Shown here: piece by piece, positions 26,490 to 35,932 of the stretch | Numbering within the stretch: position 1 is the first letter of the stretch | Layout of the letters: every line of letters starts with the position of its first letter | NCBI GenBank assembly: GCA_903877065.1 | Contig: CAIRCR010000481.1 | Span: 1-35,932 of the forward strand | DNA length: 35,932 nt | DNA from: an uncultured Pseudomonadota bacterium | Lineage (GTDB): Bacteria > Pseudomonadota > Gammaproteobacteria > Methylococcales > Methylomonadaceae | Direction: 5' to 3' | Program-made: the position numbers and the translations under genes | Notes under the pieces: model-generated | Database searches by the model: none | What the model was told of the DNA's origin: nothing | What the model saw: the letters and a program-made list of their open reading frames with translations, nothing else

Positions 26490-27644
26490 ATGATTAAAAA
26501 AACAATTAAAAACACATTGTGCAGCCTGTTATTTCTCACGCCAATGATCAGTTCTGCTGAAATGTTGGCAATGGTTAATTACGAAAGCAAACCCAACCAA
26601 ACACCGCGCAAAGAAGGCATCGCAATTATTGACGTTGATCCTGAATCGCCAAAATTTGGAAAAATAGTCAATGATTTACCCCTGCCACCTGATGCGGTTG
26701 CACATCATATTTTTTACAACAAAGATTTAAGTAAAGCTTACGTCACAGCACTCGGAAATGGTGCGTTGCGCGTGATTAACATGAAACGCAAGCCTTTCCA
26801 AATTGAAGATATCAATGTGCCTGAGTGCAACGTTGGTGAAGATATGTCTTTTACGGCGGACAAAAAAACCTGGTATTTGACCTGCATGGGTTCAAGTAAC
26901 GTCATTGTTGGCGATGCACAAACCGATAACGTAAAAAAAGTTATTTCTGCCAATGAAAAAGACACCTTTATTCGTTATCCGCACGGTATTGGTTTAAACG
27001 AAGACATTGATCGAATCATCGTAACGAGTACCGTCAGAGCTTCTGATTTAGGTGACGCAGGTGAAACAGTCACCGTGATTGAAGCCACAAGCGGCAAAGT
27101 TTTATCAACACACAAATTGGCTGATAAACCAGGTTCTGCGCCCGTTGAAGCAGTGTTTTTACCGCACGCCAATCCGCCGCTGGCTTATGTCAACACCATG
27201 TTTGAGGGCAAATTATGGACAGGAAGCTGGAAAACAGACAAAAAAGACTTTGATTTCAAAGCGGTTTACGATTTTTCAGAAATTGGACAAGGCGTGCCAC
27301 TAGAAATTTATTTTAATCAAGAACACGATAAATTATTTATCACAACGGCAAATCCTGGTGCATTGAACGTTTTTGACATTAGTGAATCGACAACGAAACC
27401 CAAATTTTTAAAATCGATTCCAACGGCTGGTGGCGCACATCATGTTGTATTTTCACCAGACGAAAAATATGCGTTTGTTCAAAATAGTTTTTTGAATTTG
27501 CCGAATATGGATGATGGTTCGATTACAGTGATTGATTTAGAAAAAATGGAAAAAAAGGCGAGTATTGATACGTTGAAAAACTTAGGTTTCAAGCCAAATT
27601 GCATTTTGATGCTGCCTAAATGGCACACCGATGACGCGCATTAA
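26490..27644 (+). CDS. Secreted beta-propeller protein, distantly SBP56-like (selenium-binding protein / methanethiol oxidase family); the family call is tentative
   Basis: Signal peptide MIKKTIKNTLCSLLFLTPMISSA. IAIIDVDPESPKFGKIVNDLPLPPDAVAHH resembles the SBP56 block DVDPKSP......LPMP....LHH. VPLEIYF and NVFDISES..KPKF also parallel SBP56. 384 aa, shorter than typical (~450-470 aa) members. Confidence 0.45.
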   Translation: MIKKTIKNTLCSLLFLTPMISSAEMLAMVNYESKPNQTPRKEGIAIIDVDPESPKFGKIVNDLPLPPDAVAHHIFYNKDLSKAYVTALGNGALRVINMKRKPFQIEDINVPECNVGEDMSFTADKKTWYLTCMGSSNVIVGDAQTDNVKKVISANEKDTFIRYPHGIGLNEDIDRIIVTSTVRASDLGDAGETVTVIEATSGKVLSTHKLADKPGSAPVEAVFLPHANPPLAYVNTMFEGKLWTGSWKTDKKDFDFKAVYDFSEIGQGVPLEIYFNQEHDKLFITTANPGALNVFDISESTTKPKFLKSIPTAGGAHHVVFSPDEKYAFVQNSFLNLPNMDDGSITVIDLEKMEKKASIDTLKNLGFKPNCILMLPKWHTDDAH

Positions 27645-27669
27645 ATGCAAACGACATAGTTAAGTAAAC

Positions 27670-27707
27670 GTTCCAAGTGAGGTCACTCACTTGGAACCTT
27701 TTACTTT
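27670..27707 (+). terminator. Intrinsic terminator after the beta-propeller gene
   Basis: Perfect 12-bp stem GTTCCAAGTGAG (27670-27681) / CTCACTTGGAAC (27686-27697), 4-nt loop, followed by CTTTTACTTTT. Confidence 0.8.
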
Positions 27708-27801
27708 TAAGTGTATGCCATGAGTAGTCATACCCGCGTCATTAACCATTGTTAGCATTTCAGTCTCCACTTGGTACTTAATTAACATTACGGAAACTCA
27801 A

Positions 27802-28830
27802 ATGAACAAAAATTTAAACGTAGTTGGCCCTATCGCATTAGGTTTAATTGTTGGATTATCTGTTTCAAGCGTTGCAAATGCGAGCTTTTCATTCGGTCTT
27901 TGGGGCGATGTGCCTTACGCTAAAAATTCTGATGGTGCAAAAGACGGCGACAAAATGAATCGTTTAATTGCCAGTATGAATAAAGAAAATATCGTTTTTA
28001 CCGTATTTGACGGCGACACGAAAGACGGTAGTTCAGAATGCACAGATAAAGCTATTGGTGAAGATGCAACAACTTTGCTTAATAAAGTCAAAGTTCCGAC
28101 TGTTTACGTTTTAGGCGATAACGAATGGACAGATTGTCACCGTACAAACAACGGAGGCTTCAACAATTTGGAAAGATTAGATTATCTTCGTCAAACAATG
28201 TTTGCGGATAACAACAGTTTTGGTCAAACAAAAATGAAACTGACACGTCAAGGTGCGCCAGGCGAAAGTTATTCGGAAAATGCCCGTTGGACTCGTGGCG
28301 GGATTGTTTTTGTTGGCTTGAACATTCCAGGCAGCAACAACAATAAAGTCAATGAAGGTGAATGTATCAGCGCGAAAAGTGTTCGCACTCAAGTTGAATG
28401 CGATGCTGATAATGCGGAATACTTAGCACGCGACAAAGCGAACATTGAATTTTTAAAACAATCATTTGAATTAGCGAAAAAACAAAAAGCCGCTGGCATT
28501 ATGATTGTAATTCAAGCAGATCCTGGTTTTGATTTAACCGAAACAGAAGCCGTCAACGAAAGAGATTTGCCAATTTACAACGGATACACCGCATTTTTAA
28601 ATACGTTGACCGAAGAAACCAACGCGTTTAGCGGACAAGTTGTACTTGCTCATGGTGATACTCACGCTTATAAAGTGGATAAACCGTTGACCGATCAAAT
28701 GCACATGATTAAAAACTTTACTCGCGTTGAAACCTTCGGCAGTCCAGGTCTGCATTGGGTAAAAGTATTAGTCGATGTTAAAAATCCTAACGTATTTACC
28801 TTTCAGCCGATGATTGTTCCTGGAAATTAA
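27802..28830 (+). CDS. Secreted protein with degenerate metallophosphoesterase-like motifs; function uncertain
   Basis: Signal peptide ...LSVSSVANA/SF. Ordered motifs LWGDVPY, FDGDTKDG, VLGDNEW, LAHGDTHAY loosely follow the calcineurin-like phosphoesterase motif order. Confidence 0.4.
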   Translation: MNKNLNVVGPIALGLIVGLSVSSVANASFSFGLWGDVPYAKNSDGAKDGDKMNRLIASMNKENIVFTVFDGDTKDGSSECTDKAIGEDATTLLNKVKVPTVYVLGDNEWTDCHRTNNGGFNNLERLDYLRQTMFADNNSFGQTKMKLTRQGAPGESYSENARWTRGGIVFVGLNIPGSNNNKVNEGECISAKSVRTQVECDADNAEYLARDKANIEFLKQSFELAKKQKAAGIMIVIQADPGFDLTETEAVNERDLPIYNGYTAFLNTLTEETNAFSGQVVLAHGDTHAYKVDKPLTDQMHMIKNFTRVETFGSPGLHWVKVLVDVKNPNVFTFQPMIVPGN

Positions 28831-28855
28831 GCGGATTTAATTACGTTTTACCTTC

Positions 28856-28892
28856 AAAAATCCCGCGTGATGAACAATCACGCGAGATTTTT
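28856..28892. terminator. Bidirectional terminator between the convergent phosphoesterase-like gene and metH
   Basis: AAAAATC-CCGCGTGAT / ATCACGCG-GATTTTT: an 8-bp GC-rich core (28864-28871 / 28877-28884), one mismatch, then flanking A5 and T5 runs. Confidence 0.7.
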
Positions 28893-28898
28893 GCATTT

Positions 28899-31800
28899 TT
28901 AATGATTCAAATGTGCCACGAGCCAACGTGACATCACATCTGCACTCATGCCTTTACGTCGCGCATAATCTGTGAGTTGATCTTTGTCTATTTTCCCAAC
29001 GTTAAAATACTGTGATTGTGGGTGCGCGAAATACCAACCGCTCACCGCTGACGCAGGATACATCGCAAAGTTTTCAGTTAATTCAATCGTCGTATTTTCA
29101 GTGACATTGAGCAACGCAAATAACGTCGCTTTTTCAGTATGATCAGGACACGCAGGATAACCAGGTGCTGGTCGAATACCTTGATAAGATTCGTTAATCA
29201 ACGCTTTGTTATCCAAACTTTCGTCGCTGGCATAACCCCAATATTCTTTGCGAACTTGCAAATGTAAATATTCAGCAAACGCTTCGGCTAATCTGTCCGC
29301 TAACGCTTTGAGCATAATCGCGCTGTAATCGTCATGATCTTGCGTAAATTGCGCCAATTTTGTTTCGATGCCAATGCCCGTTGTCACCGCAAATCCGCCA
29401 ATATAATCCACAATGCCGCTTTCAACAGGCGCGACAAAATCCGATAAACAGTAATTCGGACGACCAGGTGCTTTCACGTTTTGTTGACGTAAATGATGTA
29501 AGATTTCAATAACTTCTTGGCGCGATTCGTCGGCATATAAATTGATGTCATCATCAACAGAATTTGCAGGGAAGAATCCAATCACAGCGCAGTTTTGTAA
29601 CCAGTTTTCAGCCATCAACGTTTTTAACATTTCTTGCGCGTCATCGAATAATTTTTGGGCTTCTGTTCCAATGACGGCATCTTGCAAAATTTTTGGATAA
29701 CTTCCCGCCATTTCCCACGTTTGAAAAAACGGTGTCCAATCAATATATTTTGCTAGCGTTTCAAATGGCACATTTTCAATCACTTTCACACCTAAAAATG
29801 AAGGTTTTACAGAATGATTTGTCCAAACATATTTGTTTTTGCGTGCATTTTCGAGCGAATGTTGTTGCGTTTTCGATTCTTTGCCTTTGTGACGTTCACG
29901 CACTTCAATGTATTCGGCGCGAATGCTTGCTTTATAATCGGTCGCTAATTCACCACTTAACAAATTACTCGCCACACCAACGGCTCTCGATGCGTCAGTC
30001 ACATAAACAACGCTGCTGTTTTCATAATGCGGTTCAATTTTCACTGCCGTATGCGCTCTTGAAGTCGTCGCACCACCAATTAACAACGGACAAGTAAAGC
30101 CTTGACGCTGCATTTCTTTGGCAACGTGAACCATTTCGTCAAGCGACGGCGTAATTAAACCGCTCAAACCGATAATATCAACTTTTTCCAATCTCGCCGT
30201 TTGCAGGATTTTTTCCGCTGAAACCATTACACCTAAATCAATCACATCGTAGTTATTGCACTGCAACACAACGGCGACGATATTTTTGCCAATGTCGTGA
30301 ACATCACCTTTTACGGTTGCCATCAAAATTTTGCCGTTACTTTGACGGTCAGCGGTAGATTTATCCGCTTCCATAAATGGCATTAAATACGCAACGGCTT
30401 TTTTCATGACTCGCGCAGATTTCACCACTTGCGGCAAAAACATTTTTCCCGCGCCAAACAAATCCCCAACGATATTCATGCCGTCCATCAACGCGCCTTC
30501 GATAACGTGCAGAGGGCGTTCAGCTTGCAAACGTGCTTCTTCGGTATCTTCGTCAATGAAATCGGTAATGCCTTTAACCAATGCGTGTGCTAAACGTTCA
30601 TTAACGGGAAGTGTTCGCCACTGTGCGTCCTCTTTTTTAACTTCAACGCCATCACCACGATATTTATCCGCGATTGCCAATAGCGTATCCGTGCCGCTAC
30701 CGTCATGTTGATTCAAAATCACCGATTCAACTGCGTCGCGTAATTCGCGTGGAATATCTTCGTAAAGCGCGAGTTGTCCTGCGTTCACAATACCCATCGA
30801 CATTCCCGCTTTAATGGCGTGATATAAAAACACCGTATGAATGGCTTCTCGGACAGGATTATTGCCACGAAACGAAAATGACACGTTCGACACGCCGCCA
30901 GAAATTAGCGCGTGTGGCAAAGTTCGTTTAATTTCGCGAGTTGCTTCAATGAAATCCACGCCGTAATTATTGTGTTCATCAATACCCGTTGCGACGGCAA
31001 AAATATTCGGGTCAAAAATAATATCTTCAGGCGGGAAACCGATTTGCTCGGTCAGAATTTTGTACGCACGTTGGCAAATTTCAATTTTGCGTTCTTTCGT
31101 ATCGGCTTGCCCCACTTCGTCAAACGCCATCACAATAACCGCCGCGCCGTAACGTCGCACGAGTTTCGCTTGTTCAATAAATTTGGCTTCGCCTTCTTTC
31201 ATTGAAATCGAATTGACCACGCCTTTGCCTTGAATACATTTCAAACCCGCTTCCAAAATGTCCCATTTCGACGAATCGAGCATAATCGGCACTTTTGAAA
31301 TGTCGGGTTCAGACGCAATTAACATCAAAAAACGCACCATCGCGTCTTTGGATTCAAGCATTCCCTCGTCCATGTTGATGTCGATGATTTGTGCGCCGTT
31401 TTCAACTTGTTGTTTGGCAACATCGAGTGCGACTTCAAAATTACCTTCAACAATTAAGCGTTTGAATGCCGCCGAACCCGTGACATTTGTACGTTCGCCG
31501 ACATTCACAAACAAACTTTCGGCGGTAATGTTGAGTGGCTCTAAACCTGACAACCCGCAATGTTTTGGAATATCGGGAATTTGACGCGGTGGGAATTTTT
31601 CAACCGCTTTGACAATGGCGCGAATGGTGTCGGGTGATGTACCACAACAGCCACCGATAATATTCAAATAACCACTTGCCGCCCAATCCGCAACTTCTGC
31701 CGCCATCATTTCTGCTGTTTCGTCGTATTCACCAAACGCATTCGGCAAACCTGCATTCGGATGAGCCGAAACGTGGGTATCTGCAATGCTTGATAATTCT

Positions 31801-32567
31801 TCAATATATTGGCGTAATTCGGTCGCGCCTAACGCGCAATTAAATCCGAAAGAAATGGGTTTGACGTGTTTCAATGAATTCCAAAATGCACCAACGGTTT
31901 GACCTGATAAAGTCCGTCCTGACGCATCGGTAATCGTGCCAGAAATCATCACTGGCAAGGCAAACCCCAATTCTTCAAACACACTTTCCACCGCGAAAAT
32001 CGCGGCTTTAGCGTTCAAAGTATCAAACACGGTTTCAATCAAAATCAAATCTGCACCGCCATCAATTAACGCTTTTGTGGCTTCAATGTAAGCGACAACT
32101 AAATCATCAAAAAAGATATTGCGAAAACCTGGATCATTCACGTCAGGCGACATCGATGCTGTGCGATTTGTCGGTCCTAAAACACCTGCAACGAAACGTG
32201 GTTTTTCGGGCGTTGAAAATTCGTCAGCTGCTTCACGCGCCACTTTCGCCGCCGCAAAATTGAGTTCATATGCCAACAATTCCATTTCATAATCCGCCAT
32301 TGCAATCGTGGTGGAATTAAAGGTATTTGTTTCAACAATATCTGCGCCCGCTTCAAAATACGCGATGTGAATGGCTTTAATAATGTCGGGTTGTGTCAAA
32401 CACAATAAATCATTATTACCTTTAAGATCAGTTTGCCAATTCGCAAAACGTTCACCGCGATAATCTTTTTCGTCGAGTTTATAGCTTTGAATCATTGTTC
32501 CCATTGCGCCATCGAGAATAAGAATGCGCTGTGCGAGATGTTGTTTAAATAAGTCAGTTCTGTTCAT
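28899..32567 (-). CDS. metH: Cobalamin-dependent methionine synthase
   Basis: 1,222 aa. N-terminal Hcy domain [13 protein letters not shown] ... GGCCGT, pterin-binding domain, B12-binding [10 protein letters not shown] (DxHxxG), C-terminal AdoMet activation domain. Size matches E. coli MetH. Confidence 0.97.
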   Translation of the reverse strand: MNRTDLFKQHLAQRILILDGAMGTMIQSYKLDEKDYRGERFANWQTDLKGNNDLLCLTQPDIIKAIHIAYFEAGADIVETNTFNSTTIAMADYEMELLAYELNFAAAKVAREAADEFSTPEKPRFVAGVLGPTNRTASMSPDVNDPGFRNIFFDDLVVAYIEATKALIDGGADLILIETVFDTLNAKAAIFAVESVFEELGFALPVMISGTITDASGRTLSGQTVGAFWNSLKHVKPISFGFNCALGATELRQYIEELSSIADTHVSAHPNAGLPNAFGEYDETAEMMAAEVADWAASGYLNIIGGCCGTSPDTIRAIVKAVEKFPPRQIPDIPKHCGLSGLEPLNITAESLFVNVGERTNVTGSAAFKRLIVEGNFEVALDVAKQQVENGAQIIDINMDEGMLESKDAMVRFLMLIASEPDISKVPIMLDSSKWDILEAGLKCIQGKGVVNSISMKEGEAKFIEQAKLVRRYGAAVIVMAFDEVGQADTKERKIEICQRAYKILTEQIGFPPEDIIFDPNIFAVATGIDEHNNYGVDFIEATREIKRTLPHALISGGVSNVSFSFRGNNPVREAIHTVFLYHAIKAGMSMGIVNAGQLALYEDIPRELRDAVESVILNQHDGSGTDTLLAIADKYRGDGVEVKKEDAQWRTLPVNERLAHALVKGITDFIDEDTEEARLQAERPLHVIEGALMDGMNIVGDLFGAGKMFLPQVVKSARVMKKAVAYLMPFMEADKSTADRQSNGKILMATVKGDVHDIGKNIVAVVLQCNNYDVIDLGVMVSAEKILQTARLEKVDIIGLSGLITPSLDEMVHVAKEMQRQGFTCPLLIGGATTSRAHTAVKIEPHYENSSVVYVTDASRAVGVASNLLSGELATDYKASIRAEYIEVRERHKGKESKTQQHSLENARKNKYVWTNHSVKPSFLGVKVIENVPFETLAKYIDWTPFFQTWEMAGSYPKILQDAVIGTEAQKLFDDAQEMLKTLMAENWLQNCAVIGFFPANSVDDDINLYADESRQEVIEILHHLRQQNVKAPGRPNYCLSDFVAPVESGIVDYIGGFAVTTGIGIETKLAQFTQDHDDYSAIMLKALADRLAEAFAEYLHLQVRKEYWGYASDESLDNKALINESYQGIRPAPGYPACPDHTEKATLFALLNVTENTTIELTENFAMYPASAVSGWYFAHPQSQYFNVGKIDKDQLTDYARRKGMSADVMSRWLVAHLNH

Positions 32568-32757
32568 TAAAATTAGGAAATGTTGCAGTAAAAAATGTGT
32601 TGAATGATACCAGACGGCGCGGCGTGTGTGCTATTTGCCGTATACAATTAAAATTATTGAGAAATTGAATGAATAAAAGGACAATGACCAGATAGGTGAA
32701 CGGCTCACCAATTTTTAACCCCAAAATACTTAATCTATTCAACACGAGAGGCATTTT

Positions 32758-33276
32758 ATGTTCAGCACAAAAAAAGTATTCGCGTTATCACTTCTTGTTT
32801 TTATTCCAATAATTGGCGAAGCGCAAACGTGTCATATTGATACGATTACCGCGACCACACCCACCAGTAATTTTACCGACAATGGCAACGATACGATCAC
32901 CGATAACAAAACGGGATTGATGTGGAAAAAATGCACAGAAGGTCAAACAGGTGCATCTTGCAAAAGCAAAGAAAAAAAGTTTTCATGGGAAGATGCGTTG
33001 CAATATGTCAAAAAATTAAATGAAGGTGGTGGTTTTCTTGGTTTTAAAGATTGGCGATTACCGACACTTCGAGAACTCAATTCACTCGTTGAAGAACAGT
33101 GCGTCGAACCCGCCATTAACACTACTTTATTCCCCAATACACCGTCAAAAGCCTATTGGACATCGTCTCCTTATGCAGGTTTTAGTGATTATGCGTGGTG
33201 CGTCAATTACCAATATGGTTACGATAGCTATGTCAGTGCAAAATACAGCGGCAACGCCATTAGATTAGTTCGTTGA
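32758..33276 (+). CDS. Secreted DUF1566 (Lcl C-terminal-like) domain protein
   Basis: Signal peptide MFSTKKVFALSLLVFIPIIGEA. ITDNKTGLMWKK..., FSWEDALQYVKKLN..GGFLGFKDWRLPTLRELNSL, YWTSSP and IRLVR are the DUF1566 pattern. Confidence 0.8.
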   Translation: MFSTKKVFALSLLVFIPIIGEAQTCHIDTITATTPTSNFTDNGNDTITDNKTGLMWKKCTEGQTGASCKSKEKKFSWEDALQYVKKLNEGGGFLGFKDWRLPTLRELNSLVEEQCVEPAINTTLFPNTPSKAYWTSSPYAGFSDYAWCVNYQYGYDSYVSAKYSGNAIRLVR

Positions 33277-33385
33277 ATAAGCAACTGGATTTATAAAAGT
33301 TCATTTCCTGTCGATATAACGGCACAGTGGTAAATCAGTACAAAACTAAATTAACTCCGCATTCATTATTCTAGGAATAACTATC

Positions 33386-35602
33386 ATGTTTAAAAATATT
33401 TCCATCCGATCGCGGCTAATTTACATAATTAGCGCAATGTCCATTTTAGCTGTTGCACTGAGTTCACTTGGATTATTTGGCATGAAATACAGCAACGATA
33501 ATCTACACCGTGTCTACGATGATCGCCTGATTCCCGTCACTAAACTTGCTGAAATTAAATCCATTCAATTGGACAGCCGATTAAAAATTACTGCGGCTGT
33601 TGTGTTTCCTGATGAATCTGACAAAAATGCAGAAATCATTAAGACGAATGTGGATAAAGTAACCCAATTATTCGATGAGTATCAAAAAACGACGGGGACT
33701 GTTGAAGAGAAAGAACTCGCAGATAAATTTCAAATAGCTCGTAAAAATTATTTTGAACAAGGTCTGTCACCTGCAATGGAAATGATGAAAGTTGATGATA
33801 AAGCAGGGCTTGAAAAATTGATTATCGAAAAACTTCGTCCTTTATTTCAACCTTGCGCGGATGGCATTGACGCATTGATTCAATTACACCTCAGTGTCGC
33901 AAAACAAACGTATGAAACCTCTCAAAATATGTACAGTGTACTTTTGAGTGGTTCGATTATCGCGTTGTTGTTAGGCTTAGGCACGGCAATTTTTACCGCT
34001 TTGGCAGTTCTTCGACACATCACAGATTCACTCAATACTGCACAAAAAACAGCAATTGCAATTTCAAATGGTAATTTTGAGTCAAAAATTGTGATTGAAA
34101 ATAATGACGAAATCGGTGTTTTATTAGAGTCAATGGAAACGGTGCAAAATACGATTGGTCATTTTGTTAATGCTCAACAGTTAATGGCGAAAAAACACGC
34201 AGAAGGTTGGATTGCTGAAAAAATTGATGCCGCTAAATTCAAAGGCACTTACGGCGAAATGGCGACAAGTATTAACACGCTCGTTCAGTCACACATTGAT
34301 GTCAAAATGCAGATTGTTGATATTGTCTCAAGCTATGTAAAAGGCGATTTCAAACGTGATATGGATACGTTGCCAGGTGATAAAGCTAAAATTAGTAATG
34401 CAATTGTAGCGGTAAAAACAGCTTTGTTAGCGGTGAATAGCGAAATCGAAATGCTTGCAGTCGCAGGCGCACAAGGTGATTTTACTAAACGCAGTAACGC
34501 CAACAAATTCGATTTTATGTTCAAGACGATGCTCACGAATTTGAACACATTAACTGAAACTTGTGATGGTGCGTTTAATGACGTGTTGCGTGTTTCAAAT
34601 GCGTTGGCTAACGGTGATTTAACTCAAACGATTACTAAAGATTACACTGGGATTTTTGGCGAAGTAAAAAGTGGTATGAATAATACGACTGAAAACTTGA
34701 AAGATTTAATCGCCGAAATTAAAGATACAACAAGTACGATTGCAGCCGTTTCAACTGAAATTGCAGCGGGAAATAATGATTTAGCGCATCGCACGGAACA
34801 ACAAGCCGCAGCGTTAGAAGAAACCGCAGCCAGTATGCACGAATTGACTTCAACGGTTGAACACAACAGCGAAAATGCTAAAAAAGCGAATGATCTGGCC
34901 GTCGGCGCAACTGAAACGGCAAATAAAGGCGTGGTTGTTGTCAGACAAGTGGTTAGTACAATGGATAATATCAACGAATCGTCATTGCGAATCGTCGATA
35001 TTATCTCGGTCATCGACGATATTGCTTTCCAAACAAACATTTTGGCATTAAACGCGGCTGTTGAAGCGGCTCGTGCAGGTGATCAAGGCAAAGGCTTTGC
35101 CGTTGTGGCAATCGAAGTTCGTAATTTAGCGCAACGTGCGGCAAACGCGGCGGGTGAAATTAAACGTTTGATTAGTGATTCCGTTGAACGTGTTTCAGGC
35201 GGTAGCAAACAAGTCGCAGAAGCGGGTCAAACGATGCAAGATATTGTTGACGCGATTCAAAATGTGACTTCAATTATTTCTGAAATTTCCAATGCCTCAC
35301 AAGAACAAAATGCGGGCATTTCACAAGTTGGACAAGCCATTGCCTCGATGGACGATGTGACACAACAAAATGCGGCGTTAGTTGAAGAAGTTGCCGCAAC
35401 CGCAGAGTCACTCGAATCACAAACACAGCATTTGGCAAAAGAACTTTCGCATTTCACAACAGGCAATGAACGCGGTCAAAAAAGTGCGGGCAAAACTGAA
35501 GTGAAAAGTACGCCAAGTGCAACACACAAACCAAGTCCAGCTCCCCAAGCTGCCGCTAAGGAAACATTTGTAGCCGTGAATGATGATTGGGAAGAATTTT
35601 AA
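33386..35602 (+). CDS. Methyl-accepting chemotaxis protein (4-helix-bundle periplasmic sensor, extended HAMP-like linker array, MA domain, C-terminal DWEEF pentapeptide)
   Basis: TM1 res 11-33, TM2 res 185-208. Signalling tip [37 protein letters not shown]. Methylation-helix [14 protein letters not shown]. Ends ...NDDWEEF. Confidence 0.93.
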   Translation: MFKNISIRSRLIYIISAMSILAVALSSLGLFGMKYSNDNLHRVYDDRLIPVTKLAEIKSIQLDSRLKITAAVVFPDESDKNAEIIKTNVDKVTQLFDEYQKTTGTVEEKELADKFQIARKNYFEQGLSPAMEMMKVDDKAGLEKLIIEKLRPLFQPCADGIDALIQLHLSVAKQTYETSQNMYSVLLSGSIIALLLGLGTAIFTALAVLRHITDSLNTAQKTAIAISNGNFESKIVIENNDEIGVLLESMETVQNTIGHFVNAQQLMAKKHAEGWIAEKIDAAKFKGTYGEMATSINTLVQSHIDVKMQIVDIVSSYVKGDFKRDMDTLPGDKAKISNAIVAVKTALLAVNSEIEMLAVAGAQGDFTKRSNANKFDFMFKTMLTNLNTLTETCDGAFNDVLRVSNALANGDLTQTITKDYTGIFGEVKSGMNNTTENLKDLIAEIKDTTSTIAAVSTEIAAGNNDLAHRTEQQAAALEETAASMHELTSTVEHNSENAKKANDLAVGATETANKGVVVVRQVVSTMDNINESSLRIVDIISVIDDIAFQTNILALNAAVEAARAGDQGKGFAVVAIEVRNLAQRAANAAGEIKRLISDSVERVSGGSKQVAEAGQTMQDIVDAIQNVTSIISEISNASQEQNAGISQVGQAIASMDDVTQQNAALVEEVAATAESLESQTQHLAKELSHFTTGNERGQKSAGKTEVKSTPSATHKPSPAPQAAAKETFVAVNDDWEEF

Positions 35603-35628
35603 AATTTGTCTTGATGTTGTTTAAATCG

Positions 35629-35664
35629 TTTTAAGTACAGACCTCTTTATGTCTGTACTTAAAA
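35629..35664 (+). terminator. Perfect 14-bp stem-loop downstream of the MCP gene (probable terminator; no clean T-tract)
   Basis: TTTTAAGTACAGAC (35629-35642) / GTCTGTACTTAAAA (35651-35664), 8-nt loop, 27 nt after the stop codon. Confidence 0.55.
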
Positions 35665-35870
35665 CTATCCAAAAGCTGATAGTTACTTAAATCCGTTACA
35701 AGGTGTGGCGGATTACAACCCGCTCAAACAAACTCGTTTTAATTCAAACGCTGAGTTGTTAGAATCTACGCTGATTTTGTAGTTGTCACTTGTCAATTAC
35801 AAAATTCCACAACAGGCTTAAAACACCATTCAAGCCTTATCGGTACTTAACCACCCGAAACCTGAACATT

Positions 35871-35932
35871 ATGCAAAACACAGTCGTTAATCCCACAGAT
35901 ATTAAAACTTCACTGGTTGAAATTCGGCACGC
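35871..35932 (+). CDS. Possible 5' end of an ORF running off the right edge (MQNTVVNPTDIKTSLVEIRH...)
   Basis: An ATG at 35871 is open to the window end. No SD, and only 20 codons are visible. Product not recognisable. Confidence 0.25.
   Translation, partial: MQNTVVNPTDIKTSLVEIRH

Noticed and set aside
27773-27781. GGTACTTAA located exactly 20 nt upstream of the ATG of two unrelated genes (27773-27781 before 27802; 35842-35850 before 35871)
   Set aside because: A repeated 9-mer is expected by chance several times in ~3 kb of AT-rich intergenic DNA. It does not fit sigma54 (no GC at -12) or a good -10 element. It is kept only as a note.
32568-32757. Possible cobalamin riboswitch or MetJ/MetR boxes upstream of metH (GGGGTTAAAAATTGGTGAGCCGTTCACC on the minus strand)
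   Set aside because: I found no B12-box-like sequence, and the region is too short and AT-rich for the full aptamer. B12 riboswitches normally control metE/btuB rather than metH. No TGAA-N5-TTCA MetR site or tandem AGACGTCT met boxes were found.
33294-33317. Sigma28 (FliA)-type promoter upstream of the MCP gene (TAAA ... GTCGATAT)
   Set aside because: The spacer is ~12 nt instead of the ~15 nt required between TAAA and GCCGATAA, and the -35 half fits poorly in any register.

Overview
AT-rich (roughly 40% GC by eye) chromosomal segment. Gene content and order (rplU-rpmA-obg-proB, apaG-apaH, speD, mpl, metH) look gammaproteobacterial. I found about 31 protein-coding genes. I saw no rRNA, tRNA, CRISPR array, transposase, integrase, phage gene or recognisable defence gene. 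The one clearly accessory element is at the left end. A minus-strand ORF starts at 8162 and runs open off the window edge, giving more than 2,720 codons. The supplied ORF track omits it because it has no stop codon inside the window. It encodes a giant secreted repeat protein with a DUF4347-like N-terminal head, a beta-rich region, cadherin-like and Ig-like domains, and at least 14 tandem ~87-aa Ig-like repeats that show signs of recent homogenisation. The rest is mostly housekeeping: a K+ channel-corA pair, a GlcF-like Fe-S protein, osmC-speD, apaGH, mpl, nadC, cobO, ribE-ribBA, L21/L27, obg, proB and metH. It also includes a chemoreceptor, an orphan histidine kinase and an orphan receiver protein. 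The observations I rate highest are these. (1) The DUF4347 head carries a strand-His-Gly ... strand-Gly-Cys layout with caspase/CPD-like spacing. (2) A stand-alone, diverged copy of the Mpl N-terminal domain sits immediately upstream of mpl. (3) A terminator-like hairpin and a mini-ORF lie directly upstream of a K+ channel-corA pair, and the channel filter reads THVGFGD. (4) An unknown 4-TM protein is translationally coupled to a GlcF/HdrD-like protein, with no glcD or glcE nearby. (5) A TetR/DUF4242/SBP56-like periplasmic beta-propeller cluster. All family assignments come from reading motifs by eye; no searches were run.
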